DNA from: an uncultured archaeon
GTDB taxonomy: Archaea; Asgardarchaeota; Heimdallarchaeia; Heimdallarchaeales; Heimdallarchaeaceae
Assembly: GCA_964534625.1 (NCBI GenBank)
Contig: CAZHRF010000022.1
Coordinates: 1-45,836 of the forward strand
Length of the DNA stretch: 45,836 nucleotides
Reading direction: 5' to 3'
Part shown: positions 26,417 to 35,774 of the stretch, piece by piece
Numbering within the stretch: position 1 is the stretch's first letter
Layout: each line of letters begins with the position of its first letter
The notes under the pieces: generated by a model
The model's database searches: none
Seen by the model: only the letters and a program-made list of their open reading frames with translations
Told to the model about the DNA's origin: nothing
Translations under genes and position numbers: made by a program

Positions 26417-27394
26417 ATGCATACTTTTAACATAGGTTTAATTGGATTTAATAACAAATCATCTTGCATAGCTGCTACCATTACAAAGCAAAGACATATG
26501 GAATTAATAGGCATTGTAGCAAGTAATCCAACAAAATATATCAAACTAGCTGCTAGGAAAGGATATCCTATTTATGTTGAAAAAGCAGAGGATATTGAGA
26601 CTTTTAACAAACTAAACATTAAAACACATGGCCTTAAAATGGATTTGTTAGCTAGAACTGACATTATTATTGATAATAGAGAACAAAAATTTGAACAAAA
26701 GAAAAGCGATTATACAAAATACAATACAAAGAATATATTTATTCAACCCACCAATATTGAACTTCTTTCAATAGGGAGTAGTTTATGCGAGGGAATAGAT
26801 ACAACTAATATAATACTTCCATCCTCAGAAATTATTGCAATTAATAGAATAATAGCAAGCCTAAATCAATATGTTTCAATAGAACATATTTCATCAACAA
26901 TATTGGAACCTTCACAAGACAACAACATATCTGTGGCTGTGAAAGAAGAGGTAGAACGCTTAAAAAAACAAGCAGATCAAATTATCAAAGAAAGTATTTC
27001 TCTATCAAAAATCAAGGGGGCAAATCGGAGAACAGGGCTTATTACATTAGATATAACGACAACAGGAACAATAAATCTTAGTTCTCTCATTAATAGGCTA
27101 GTTGAAGAACGGAGAATTTTAACATTCAATGATACCGGGATAGAAACAACATGGGACGTAGAAGAGTATTTACTCAAAATGGACAGAATGGCGGGAAATC
27201 TATATGAAGTAGGCATATGGCCACACAAGATCAAGTACAATAATAACCATCTTATTTTAGAGATTATTTATCAGAGAGATACTGTTATTATTCCAGAGCT
27301 ATTAGATTGTATACACTTAATGAAAACAGGAAAGAAAAAGTTAGAAGAAACAAATAATACTCTGGGGTTATTTAGTAAAGGGCTCCACCCATAA
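26417..27394 (+). CDS. Archaeal type II GAPDH homologue lacking catalytic motifs
   Basis: Colinear with archaeal GAPDH (MELIGI, KGYPIY, DIIID, NLYEVGIW, IIPELLDCI, TNNTLGL), but GYGTIG is GFNNKS and SCNT is SSEI. Confidence 0.8.
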   Translation: MHTFNIGLIGFNNKSSCIAATITKQRHMELIGIVASNPTKYIKLAARKGYPIYVEKAEDIETFNKLNIKTHGLKMDLLARTDIIIDNREQKFEQKKSDYTKYNTKNIFIQPTNIELLSIGSSLCEGIDTTNIILPSSEIIAINRIIASLNQYVSIEHISSTILEPSQDNNISVAVKEEVERLKKQADQIIKESISLSKIKGANRRTGLITLDITTTGTINLSSLINRLVEERRILTFNDTGIETTWDVEEYLLKMDRMAGNLYEVGIWPHKIKYNNNHLILEIIYQRDTVIIPELLDCIHLMKTGKKKLEETNNTLGLFSKGLHP

Positions 27395-27399
27395 GAAGA

Positions 27400-27477
27400 T
27401 GGTGGGCCTTAGCAGATTTGAACTGCCGACCATCCGGTTATGAGCCGGACGCTCTAACCTAGCTGAGCTAAAGGCCC
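27400..27477 (-). tRNA. tRNA with CAT anticodon, most likely tRNA-Ile2 (agmatidine)
   Basis: GGGCCTT/AAGGCCC Ile-type acceptor, TCCGG-CTCATAA-CCGGA, encoded CCA. Confidence 0.9.
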
Positions 27478-27628
27478 TTTTTGTTCTTACTTTTGTATCT
27501 TCATTCATTCCTCTATTCTTTTCTTTTTAAATTTTTTCTTATTCTCTTTCTCTTTCTCTTTTTCTTACTAACCATAATTTTTTATTACCTATATGTTATT
27601 GTTTTTCTACTGATATTGGTGATTAAAA

Positions 27629-28555
27629 ATGGATGACATTTTTTTAACTATTGTTGAAGACATCAGCTCACTTCGTATTCAGGGAGCTACAAATGTTGCA
27701 ATTGAAGGAATAAAAGCTTTCTCTTCATTTGGTGAAAGATTGGATGAAAAAAATTTGGAGACTTATTTTAAAAAACTCGAACTCGCAAAAACCACTTTAT
27801 CAAAAGCCCGTGCCACAGAACCTGCATTAAGAAATGGATTACGTTTTGTGCTTTATAAGTTACATGGACAAGTGCAAAGTGTATCCGAAGCTCGTTCTCT
27901 TATATCTAAACTGTCTTCAGATTATGTTAACTTATTAAAGGAAGCAAAACAAAAAGCTATTGGTTATGGCTCAGAGCGCATTCTTGATGGAAGTGTAATT
28001 ATGACCCATTGTCATTCATCACTATCCACGGGGGTTATTCTTGAGGCCCATCGCCAAGGTAAGGATATAGAAGTTTTTTGCACTGAAACACGCCCCCTCT
28101 ATCAAGGACACATAACTGCCAAAAAACTTATTGGAGCAGGCATACCAACAACTATGGTTGTAGATAGTGCCATGCGTTGGATAATGAATAAAGAAAAGAT
28201 AAATATAGTTATTGTTGGATGCGATGCAATCACTAGTCAAGGCACGGCAATAAATAAAATTGGTACTAGACTTTTGGCTTTGGCTGCCAAAGAGATGGAT
28301 ATACCTCTATATGTGGCAGGTAATATACTGAAATATGACCCAGAGACAAGTATTGGAAAACTTACTGAAATCGAAATGCGTGATGGAACAGAAATATGGA
28401 CAAATCCACCAAAAGGTTTGAAGATATTAAATCCCGCTTTTGAAACGGTATCACATGATTTAATTGATGGATTCATTACAGAAGAAGGGATCTTTTCACC
28501 TCCTTTGGTATACCAAATAGTTAAAGAAAGATATCCATTTATGTCTATTCATTGA
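27629..28555 (+). CDS. e2b2: Ribose-1,5-bisphosphate isomerase (eIF2B-like family)
   Basis: IQGA, RATEPALRN, THCHSS (catalytic Cys), ETRP, GCDAIT, NKIGT, NPAFE; directly upstream of RuBisCO. Confidence 0.9.
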   Translation: MDDIFLTIVEDISSLRIQGATNVAIEGIKAFSSFGERLDEKNLETYFKKLELAKTTLSKARATEPALRNGLRFVLYKLHGQVQSVSEARSLISKLSSDYVNLLKEAKQKAIGYGSERILDGSVIMTHCHSSLSTGVILEAHRQGKDIEVFCTETRPLYQGHITAKKLIGAGIPTTMVVDSAMRWIMNKEKINIVIVGCDAITSQGTAINKIGTRLLALAAKEMDIPLYVAGNILKYDPETSIGKLTEIEMRDGTEIWTNPPKGLKILNPAFETVSHDLIDGFITEEGIFSPPLVYQIVKERYPFMSIH

Positions 28556-28588
28556 AATCGAAAATATTACAATAATGATGTGATGTAT

Positions 28589-29827
28589 ATGAATGAAAGT
28601 AAAGAATTTTTAGAAGCAAAATATTATGTAGAACACAAAAATCTTAAAACAGCTGCAGAAGAAATTTGTTCTGAGGAAAGTGTTGGAACATGGACCGGTC
28701 TTACTACTATGAAACCCCATGTCGCTAAACTTCGAGCTGAGACACTTGAGGTTAATCTTGAGGGGACTACTGATGACTATGAATATGGTACTGTTACGAT
28801 AGGATTTCGAGCCGAGACTTTTGATTTACAATCGGGGATCCCAAACATTCTTTCAATGGTGGCAGGTAATCTTTTTGGTCTCAGCTCTTTGAGAAACATT
28901 CGACTTCTTGATGTTGCCTTCCCTCCTGTTATTGCTAATCAATTTCCCGGTCCAAAATTTGGAATTGACGGAGTAAGAAAAATTATTGGGACGCATTCTG
29001 GCGAATTTGCTGGTCGCCCCCATATTGGAACTATCGTAAAACCAAAAATGGGTTTAACCGCCCCCGAATGGGCAGATGTTGCCTATGAAGCTGCAATTGG
29101 TGGTGTTGATTTCATAAAAGATGATGAAAATCTAGTAAATCAATCTTTCTGTCAGCTAGAAGAGAGAACCATCAAGGTCTTAGAGAAATTGGACCAAGTA
29201 AAAGAAGAAACCGAGCGAACTGTTATTCATGCAGTCAACGTAACCGCTAGACATGATGTTATGTGGGATCATATAGAAACGGCCTTAGATAATGGAGCAA
29301 AATGCTTAATGATTGATGTTTTGCTTACGGGGATTCAGGAACTGACGATGATGGCAGAAGATCAATCTATTAATGTGCCAATTCACATTCATAGAACTAT
29401 GCACGCTGCAATGACGAGAAATCCTCAACATGGATTTGGAATGCTTGCATTAGCTCAATTCATCAGAATGGCTGGTGGAGATCAACTACATATTGGTAGC
29501 TATGGTCAAGGTAAGATGGATGAAGTAGAAGGAGAAACACCAAAGATCAAAGAAGCTATAACAAGCAAATTCTTTGATAAAAAGAAAGTCTTTCCTGTTG
29601 CATCAGGTGGTTTACATCCCGGCAAAGTTCCAAACCTTATCAAACATGGCGGTAAGGATCTAATAATACAAGCTGGAGGTGGCATTCATGGACACCCTGA
29701 TGGAACTCGAGCTGGTGCAAAGGCATTAAAGCAAGCATTAATTGCAAGTTTAAAAGGTATTCCACTTACCGATTATGCAAAAGAACACAAAGAATTAAAG
29801 AAAGCTATTGACAAATGGGGTTTATGA
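28589..29827 (+). CDS. rbcL: Form III ribulose-1,5-bisphosphate carboxylase
   Basis: ESVGTW, AGNLFG, GTIVKPKMG, DFIKDDE, HIHR.MH, DQLHIG, GKM, ASGG, QAGGG: the active-site set is intact. Confidence 0.93.
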   Translation: MNESKEFLEAKYYVEHKNLKTAAEEICSEESVGTWTGLTTMKPHVAKLRAETLEVNLEGTTDDYEYGTVTIGFRAETFDLQSGIPNILSMVAGNLFGLSSLRNIRLLDVAFPPVIANQFPGPKFGIDGVRKIIGTHSGEFAGRPHIGTIVKPKMGLTAPEWADVAYEAAIGGVDFIKDDENLVNQSFCQLEERTIKVLEKLDQVKEETERTVIHAVNVTARHDVMWDHIETALDNGAKCLMIDVLLTGIQELTMMAEDQSINVPIHIHRTMHAAMTRNPQHGFGMLALAQFIRMAGGDQLHIGSYGQGKMDEVEGETPKIKEAITSKFFDKKKVFPVASGGLHPGKVPNLIKHGGKDLIIQAGGGIHGHPDGTRAGAKALKQALIASLKGIPLTDYAKEHKELKKAIDKWGL

Positions 29828-30090
29828 GTTTAATCTCAAATCACAAAAGATCAGGAATATAGGTTGGAAACTACTTCCAAATAAAAATGAACTTTAGTGA
29901 GATAAAACGTGTACTTACTTTACTAAAAAGAGACGAACACTATATTCATATTTCATTTCTTTTATTTTGCTATTTATATGGTACTATATTTTTGCAATAG
30001 CTGATATAAGGGAAATCAATTTTTTCTATAATCAAAATATTTATAATGAAAAGATAATTGTGACACTTGTAATTAATTGAGGTTATAAAG

Positions 30091-30312
30091 ATGGGCAAAC
30101 CAATGGATTTACTAAACCAAGCAAGAGAAAAACGAGTATTAATAAGATTAAGAGGAAAAAGGCGTATGCGTGGTATTCTCAAAAATTATGATATTCATTT
30201 AAATCTTACACTAGAAGAAGCCGAAGAAATTGGCGACGAAGGTACAACAAAACTTGGACACATTATTCTTAGAGGGGACAATGTAATAATGGTTAGCCCT
30301 CCCCCAGTATAA
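30091..30312 (+). CDS. Sm-like archaeal protein (Lsm/SmAP)
   Basis: GILKNYDIHLNLTL (Sm1), IILRGDNV (Sm2); upstream of L37e. Confidence 0.95.
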   Translation: MGKPMDLLNQAREKRVLIRLRGKRRMRGILKNYDIHLNLTLEEAEEIGDEGTTKLGHIILRGDNVIMVSPPPV

Positions 30313-30325
30313 AGGAGGATAAAAA

Positions 30326-30490
30326 ATGACTAAAGGAACACCATCAAGAGGAAGACACAACAAAAAACATACACATATTGTTTGTAGAAGATGTGGAAAT
30401 CATTCTTTTCATAGGAAGAAAAAGTATTGTGCTTCATGTGGTTTTGGAAAAACCGCAAAAATAAGAAATTATGCTTGGCATAAACATTAA
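30326..30490 (+). CDS. rpl37e: 50S ribosomal protein L37e (not in the ORF track)
   Basis: [54 protein letters not shown]; SD AGGAGGA. Confidence 0.97.
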   Translation: MTKGTPSRGRHNKKHTHIVCRRCGNHSFHRKKKYCASCGFGKTAKIRNYAWHKH

Positions 30491-30522
30491 TAATAGAAGG
30501 GTGTAAATCACCCTCAAACTTA

Positions 30523-30634
30523 GGGCCGGTAGATCAGCTGGAAGATCGTTACCTTGGCAACTACAAAGAGGAGAGGTCCAATGTTGTAGCCAGATTGGTA
30601 AAGGCCGCGTGTTCAAGTCACGCCCGGTCCACCA
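30523..30634 (+). tRNA. tRNA-Ala(GGC) with 36-nt intron at 37/38 (30560-30595)
   Basis: GGGCCGG/CCGGTCC with G3:U70, TTACC/GGTAA stem, BHB (TTGG/CCAG; CTACAA/TTGTAG), encoded CCA. Confidence 0.94.
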
Positions 30635-31050
30635 GTTTTCTTTTAAACTGATAAAGAAAGACATTGTTAGTGTTTGTTTTTTGCATTATTACTCGAATTT
30701 TAAGATAACGCCCTAAAATTCAACAAGGGGGATTACTTGTACAACTAAAATATAAGACTAATTTTGTCAGATATTCATTGTTTGGTTTAATCAATTCTTT
30801 TTCAACGAATGCAAAAAATGCGTTTTTCTTAAAATTTTAATTACTTATCATATTCTATCGTTTTTGAATTGTTCGTGGATGTATATTATTAACTTCTTAT
30901 AGGTTCTATCGCAGCACACTATCACACACAGTTTTTCAAAATTGAATTCAAGCTTATTAAACAATGTCTAAATACATTTATCTCAAAATTTGCTATAAAA
31001 CAATTTCAACCTTGAATAAATTTAAATAGGTTTTTTTAATTATTAATTCT

Positions 31051-32787
31051 ATGGAAAAATCTTATGACTCAGATTTAGCAAAATTAATGTCAGAAGCGAG
31101 AGATTTGTTTAAAACAGCTAATTATGCTGATTCCGCCAGGAAGTATCTTTCTGCCGCAAAGATGCAAGAATCTAATCGCGGATTAGAACAAGCACGTGAC
31201 CTTTATCATGAAGCCATAAAAAATTATATCAGAGCATCAGAGGAAAATAAAGAAAAAAAACGCTATAGAGCTAGTGCAGAGAATTTATATGAAATCACAA
31301 AAATATATCAACACTTAGGGAACGATGAAGACAGAATAGCAGCAACTCGTGCTACTGTTGAAGATTTATTTAATGCGGCTCAAGAATATTTCATGTGGAA
31401 TGAACATGAACGAGGAATATTATTAGTCGCAACAGCTTCATTTCTTCTCTTTGATATAAAGGAATTTGATGAAGCAGAGTCTCAATACCACAAATATATG
31501 TCTAAGATACAAAATGATCCAACTTTTACCAGGGCTCAACAAGTTTTATACTCTGTTGGATATGCAATAAAAGCTCTTCAAGATATTGATACTGAAGCAC
31601 TATTAAATGCCCAACAACTAATTGGGAGTCATCTTATACCCGGTTTGAACCAATTAAAAGCAGATATGTTTATCCCAGGAATTGAAAAAGGTATAAAAAT
31701 AATTATGGAAGAGTTTCGTTCAAAAATTAAACTTCCAAAGATAATCCCTGAATTGCATGTTTCCAGAGACTTGGTTTTAAATGAGCCTAAAGATTTAACG
31801 ATAAAAATAATTAACGAAGGAGAAGGTTCTGGTTTTGATTTGAATTTGGAATTAAAAATTCCTGAAGAAATTGAAATATTGGACGGTAATGTAGACTTTC
31901 AACTAGATGAACTCAAACCAGAGGAAGAAGTAGAGCATACAATAACATTTAGGTGTATGTCAGCTACTGGAGACATCGAATATGAAATTAAAGCTAATCT
32001 TACATTCGTTGATCAACTGCAGACTAAACAATCTATGCTTATAGGTCCGTATAGTTTATACTTCAGAGAAAAAAGTTTATCAAAACAACTCGGAGAACAA
32101 TTGAACACGTTGTCTGAAAAACTCACTAAATACATACAAGAGTTAGAAAACATTAAAATCATTCCTCAATCGTCAATTGAATTATTTTCAGATCTGATTT
32201 CGTCTAAGATCCAAGAAGCTGAAAGTAATCTTAAAGAAGAAGAATTTGAAGTCATAAAGGCCAATATAAGCACCATAAAGTCAATTTACAACAAAGTGGA
32301 TGTTATATTAAGTGACAAATTCCTTGAATCTATATATCAAAGGAGAGAAAAAGAGATACAAGAAAAGATTAAAGAGGAAAATGACAGATTACGAGAAGAG
32401 CTTAATAAACAAAAAGAAAAAGAAATCAGCGAGAAGGTTGAAGAAGCCAAAGAGATATTAAAAGAACATCTAACTGAAGAATTCACCAATGAAATTAAAA
32501 CGCTAAAAAACTCGCATTCAGAAGAACTTTCCATGCTTAAAACCGAATACACAGAAGAAAAGGAGAAGGAATTACAAGAACTAATGAATAAATTAGCTGA
32601 AAAACACAAATTAGAGATACAACAAATTAAAGAAGAAGCAAAGAAGGAAATGGAACAAGAGTTAGAAAAACAAAGAAAGAAGTTAGAAAGCGAGAAGCAA
32701 AAAGAGTTAGAAGAACAAGAAACGGTTTTACGACAAGAGTTTCAGAAACAACTTTCAGACGCGCAATCTAGAACAAATTCTAAATAA
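31051..32787 (+). CDS. TPR/alpha-SNAP-like solenoid + Ig-like domain + long coiled coil
   Basis: A..Y..AA helical repeats in ~1-225; beta-sandwich pattern LTIKIINEGEG..LKPEEE..ITF..LTFVD in ~228-340; E/K heptads to the C-terminus. Confidence 0.75.
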   Translation: MEKSYDSDLAKLMSEARDLFKTANYADSARKYLSAAKMQESNRGLEQARDLYHEAIKNYIRASEENKEKKRYRASAENLYEITKIYQHLGNDEDRIAATRATVEDLFNAAQEYFMWNEHERGILLVATASFLLFDIKEFDEAESQYHKYMSKIQNDPTFTRAQQVLYSVGYAIKALQDIDTEALLNAQQLIGSHLIPGLNQLKADMFIPGIEKGIKIIMEEFRSKIKLPKIIPELHVSRDLVLNEPKDLTIKIINEGEGSGFDLNLELKIPEEIEILDGNVDFQLDELKPEEEVEHTITFRCMSATGDIEYEIKANLTFVDQLQTKQSMLIGPYSLYFREKSLSKQLGEQLNTLSEKLTKYIQELENIKIIPQSSIELFSDLISSKIQEAESNLKEEEFEVIKANISTIKSIYNKVDVILSDKFLESIYQRREKEIQEKIKEENDRLREELNKQKEKEISEKVEEAKEILKEHLTEEFTNEIKTLKNSHSEELSMLKTEYTEEKEKELQELMNKLAEKHKLEIQQIKEEAKKEMEQELEKQRKKLESEKQKELEEQETVLRQEFQKQLSDAQSRTNSK

Positions 32788-32823
32788 CTAAAACGATTAA
32801 AGGTGGAGTTGTTCCTTTTTTAC

Positions 32824-33222
32824 TCAATATTTTATTATCTCTTTTTTCATTGAATCAATGCTTAGAACATCATCTGTTTTTATCAGTTTCAGTATATCTT
32901 TATCAGGTTTATGTACTAAGGGTATCTCTGCCAGAATCGCTCCAGCTATTACAATTGTTTCAGCTTTATTAGCAATAAATGCTTTTGGTGCAACACCATT
33001 AATTTTTAACGCATAAATGACGTAAGAACCAACTGTTGATCCTTTTCCCTCTGGGAAAACAAAGATCTTATCTGTAATTGTTTGATTGAATATCGAGCAC
33101 TTAGGATCTATTATTATTCCTGTTTGAGGGTTCACCCCGCCTAAAAAACTAAAAGGATTTTTACAAACAATTGCTTTCCCCATAACATTTCCTTTCACGA
33201 CAGGTTCTACACTTATTCGCAT
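32824..33222 (-). CDS. Aconitase X swiveling subunit (DUF126); phosphomevalonate dehydratase small subunit
   Basis: SFLGGVNP.TG and GKGSTVGSYV motifs. Confidence 0.9.
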   Translation of the reverse strand: MRISVEPVVKGNVMGKAIVCKNPFSFLGGVNPQTGIIIDPKCSIFNQTITDKIFVFPEGKGSTVGSYVIYALKINGVAPKAFIANKAETIVIAGAILAEIPLVHKPDKDILKLIKTDDVLSIDSMKKEIIKY

Positions 33223-34421
33223 TTAGTTATCACCGAAAATATTTCTGGTAAAGAGAGTAACAATATCTTTGATCTGTTTTCACCTTTAGAAAGATAAAAG
33301 GCAGCTTTCGCTGAATTTGTTGCAATTATAGAATGTTTTTCTTTAATTACTGGACAAACTACCATACACGTATCTACATATACTTCTCCGCCACTTCTTT
33401 CAATTTTTGAAATAATATTTTCACTTCTTGTTTCATCAAGAATTTTTTTTGATGTGAAAATCCAGAGATTAATATCATCTTTAATCTCTTTTTTTTCTAA
33501 GGAATTAGCTATCATCTCCAATTCTCTTTTACTTGCATGAGGGCAACCTATAACTACAAGATCAATTTTTCGCTTATTGGACGTGAATTGCTGTTGTACT
33601 TCTTTTTTTTCATTAAGTGTAAATTCAATTGTTTCCATGTACTTTTCAAATTGCCCATTCTTTGCTTCAGGCGTTATATCCCGTACATGAAAAAGTGGAA
33701 CACTACCTGAAGCTGCCATTGCTGATGATAAAAGTTTTGCATGTTCTAAATCTAATTCTCTTATTCCCTCAAATATAGGTATTTTATCCTTATATTTCTC
33801 TCCAAACCAATATCCAAGTATTGAAAAGTCAACTAAATCAATCATATCTGTTTTTACTTTTATTTTTAATTGTGGATATCTGTTTTCACGAATGTGCATT
33901 CCATATTTTGCGGTAAAACCAGTTAATGCTGAAGCCAAAGAAGAAGGTCCGCCTTCGCGATTTGTTCTTGCACCATAATAACCATTTGCCATGATTACTG
34001 CAGAAGACTCACTCCAAGCCAAATGAGACTTATATTTTGGTTGGTATCCAATTAGATAAGGAGTACATGTTAAAGTCGGTTTTATGCCTAATTTTTCGTA
34101 ATTATCAAGTATCTGGAACTGTTTATCAGCAAAATCAGCGGTAATACCCATCTCTTTCCATCTTTTTAAATCCATTCCAGCAGGATTAAGCCAACTAGGT
34201 ACTTTAACTTGGATATTATCTTTCATCAACATTTTAAAAAAAGAAAATATTGCATCACCAACAGTAAAATATGAAACCCCAGCTATTTGAGTTGATTCAA
34301 CAGGTACCAAACTTTCTGCCCCATAAACATCGCCTATTTTTACTACTAGTTCCATACATTTCGCTATAGCTGAACCATAAGCACCATTAAGCATCTTTTC
34401 TTGTTCTTTAGATAAAAACAT
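33213..34421 (-). CDS. Aconitase X catalytic subunit (DUF521); phosphomevalonate dehydratase large subunit
   Basis: QIAGVSY, TCTPY, WSESSAV, RTNREGG, GCPH, DTCMVV, TNSAKAA; start moved to MFLSKEQ. Confidence 0.9.
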   Translation of the reverse strand: MFLSKEQEKMLNGAYGSAIAKCMELVVKIGDVYGAESLVPVESTQIAGVSYFTVGDAIFSFFKMLMKDNIQVKVPSWLNPAGMDLKRWKEMGITADFADKQFQILDNYEKLGIKPTLTCTPYLIGYQPKYKSHLAWSESSAVIMANGYYGARTNREGGPSSLASALTGFTAKYGMHIRENRYPQLKIKVKTDMIDLVDFSILGYWFGEKYKDKIPIFEGIRELDLEHAKLLSSAMAASGSVPLFHVRDITPEAKNGQFEKYMETIEFTLNEKKEVQQQFTSNKRKIDLVVIGCPHASKRELEMIANSLEKKEIKDDINLWIFTSKKILDETRSENIISKIERSGGEVYVDTCMVVCPVIKEKHSIIATNSAKAAFYLSKGENRSKILLLSLPEIFSVITKCE

Positions 34422-34434
34422 CACTTTCAATTCC

Positions 34435-35058
34435 TTATATTTCCAAATAAGATTTTCCAAATTTACACATAGTAATAATAGGACAACGTGAGCACAAAGG
34501 CAGATTTCTTTTACATGTTTTTTTAGCGTGTTCAACAATTAACGCATGATATTCTTGGTATAAATCTACATCAACTGGTAAATTATCAACATAGATTTGT
34601 TGTAATTTTTTATAACTTTTTCCCAAATAAAAATCAATTCTTTTTGCTATTCGAAAAGTATATGCATCTATGACAAAAAATGGTTTTTCAAAGAGATAAC
34701 AAAGGATTGAATCAGCTGTTTCTGGTCCAATTCCATTTAATTCAAGCAGCTCAGCTCTAGTAGGTTCTGGATTTCTTTTAAATAAATGAACCAATGCTTT
34801 AATTCTTCTAGCTTTAATTCGATAAAAACCGCTTGAATATATAAGACTCTCTAGTTCATCAATTGGAATCTGAATCAAACATTCAAGATTTGTACAGTTT
34901 GCCATTCTTAATTCATTCAAAGCCGTCTCAACATTTGTCCAAGTAGTTTGTTGGGTTAATATGGCTCCAAGTGCTATTTCTAGGCCCTCTCCAGGCCACC
35001 ATTTTTTTTGTGGACCATAATATTCTAAAAATTTGTTATAAATTGATTCGATAAGCAA
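34435..35058 (-). CDS. Endonuclease III-related HhH-GPD DNA glycosylase
   Basis: WWP, GAILTQ, GIGPETADSIL, VIDAYT, C-x6-C-x2-C-x5-C Fe-S motif. Confidence 0.9.
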   Translation of the reverse strand: MLIESIYNKFLEYYGPQKKWWPGEGLEIALGAILTQQTTWTNVETALNELRMANCTNLECLIQIPIDELESLIYSSGFYRIKARRIKALVHLFKRNPEPTRAELLELNGIGPETADSILCYLFEKPFFVIDAYTFRIAKRIDFYLGKSYKKLQQIYVDNLPVDVDLYQEYHALIVEHAKKTCKRNLPLCSRCPIITMCKFGKSYLEI

Positions 35059-35176
35059 ACTCGCACCAAATCAATTTATCTAATGGTGGGCTATTAGATT
35101 ATCGTTATTCGTTTTTATACTATAGTGATAAATATTAAACTTTAAATGATTATCATTTTACATTTATTCGATAAAA

Positions 35177-35773
35177 GTGAGCGATAGCGAATATTATGAA
35201 ACATTTGAGATTAAATGTCCTGTTTGTATGAGTGAGAACACTACTGCAATTCAAAAAGAAGTAAATATACCTTATTTCTCAAATATTTTGCTCTTTAGCT
35301 TAATCTGTAACGATTGCAAATACAAGACAACAGATTTTCTTAATACTAGCATAAAAGAACCTACAAGATATATATATAAAACTGATACAGAGAAAGATTA
35401 TTCTACTAAGATAGTTAGAGGAGCCAATGGTACGATAAGATTTCCCGAAATAGGATCGATGATAGAACCGGGCCCCAATGCAGAAGGATTTATTAACAAT
35501 ATAGAAGGCGTTTTACGCGATATCGAAGGTAAAGCACGTTTCTTACTTAATGATGCCCAAACAGAGAAAGAAAGGAGAAAAATTCTTGACTTTATCCAGT
35601 CTATTAATAATTATATTAACAATAATGAACCAATAACAATTATCGTTGAAGATCCATTTGGCAACTCGCTTATTATTCCTTATGATCCCAACAAATTAGA
35701 AGTAATTACTTTATCCAAGGAAGAAGCTAAAAACTTGAAAACAAGTTTCAGCATTATAGATATGGAGAAGTAA
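35177..35773 (+). CDS. ZPR1 zinc-finger protein
   Basis: CPVC..IPYF..CNDC, IEPGP..EGFI.NIEG, EDPFGNS. Confidence 0.93.
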   Translation: MSDSEYYETFEIKCPVCMSENTTAIQKEVNIPYFSNILLFSLICNDCKYKTTDFLNTSIKEPTRYIYKTDTEKDYSTKIVRGANGTIRFPEIGSMIEPGPNAEGFINNIEGVLRDIEGKARFLLNDAQTEKERRKILDFIQSINNYINNNEPITIIVEDPFGNSLIIPYDPNKLEVITLSKEEAKNLKTSFSIIDMEK

Positions 35774-35774
35774 A

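Noticed and set aside
27400-27477. Initiator or elongator tRNA-Met
   Set aside because: Lacks A1:U72 and the GGG/CCC anticodon stem; the GGGCC acceptor is Ile-like.
27629-28555. Translation factor eIF2B subunit or methylthioribose-1-phosphate isomerase
   Set aside because: Catalytic THCHS/GCD residues and adjacency to RuBisCO favour R15P isomerase.
28589-29827. RuBisCO-like protein (form IV)
   Set aside because: KDDE, the Asn in AGN, HIHR, His in QLH and the loop-6 Lys are all present.
30434-30664. 76-aa minus-strand ORF; likewise 39413-39625 on the plus strand
   Set aside because: They overlap tRNA genes (and rpl37e) and are spurious.
30640-31050. Second origin or ncRNA in the 410-bp intergenic gap (G-string at ~30728)
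   Set aside because: No TTCCA-nnn-GAAA core and no convincing stable structure.
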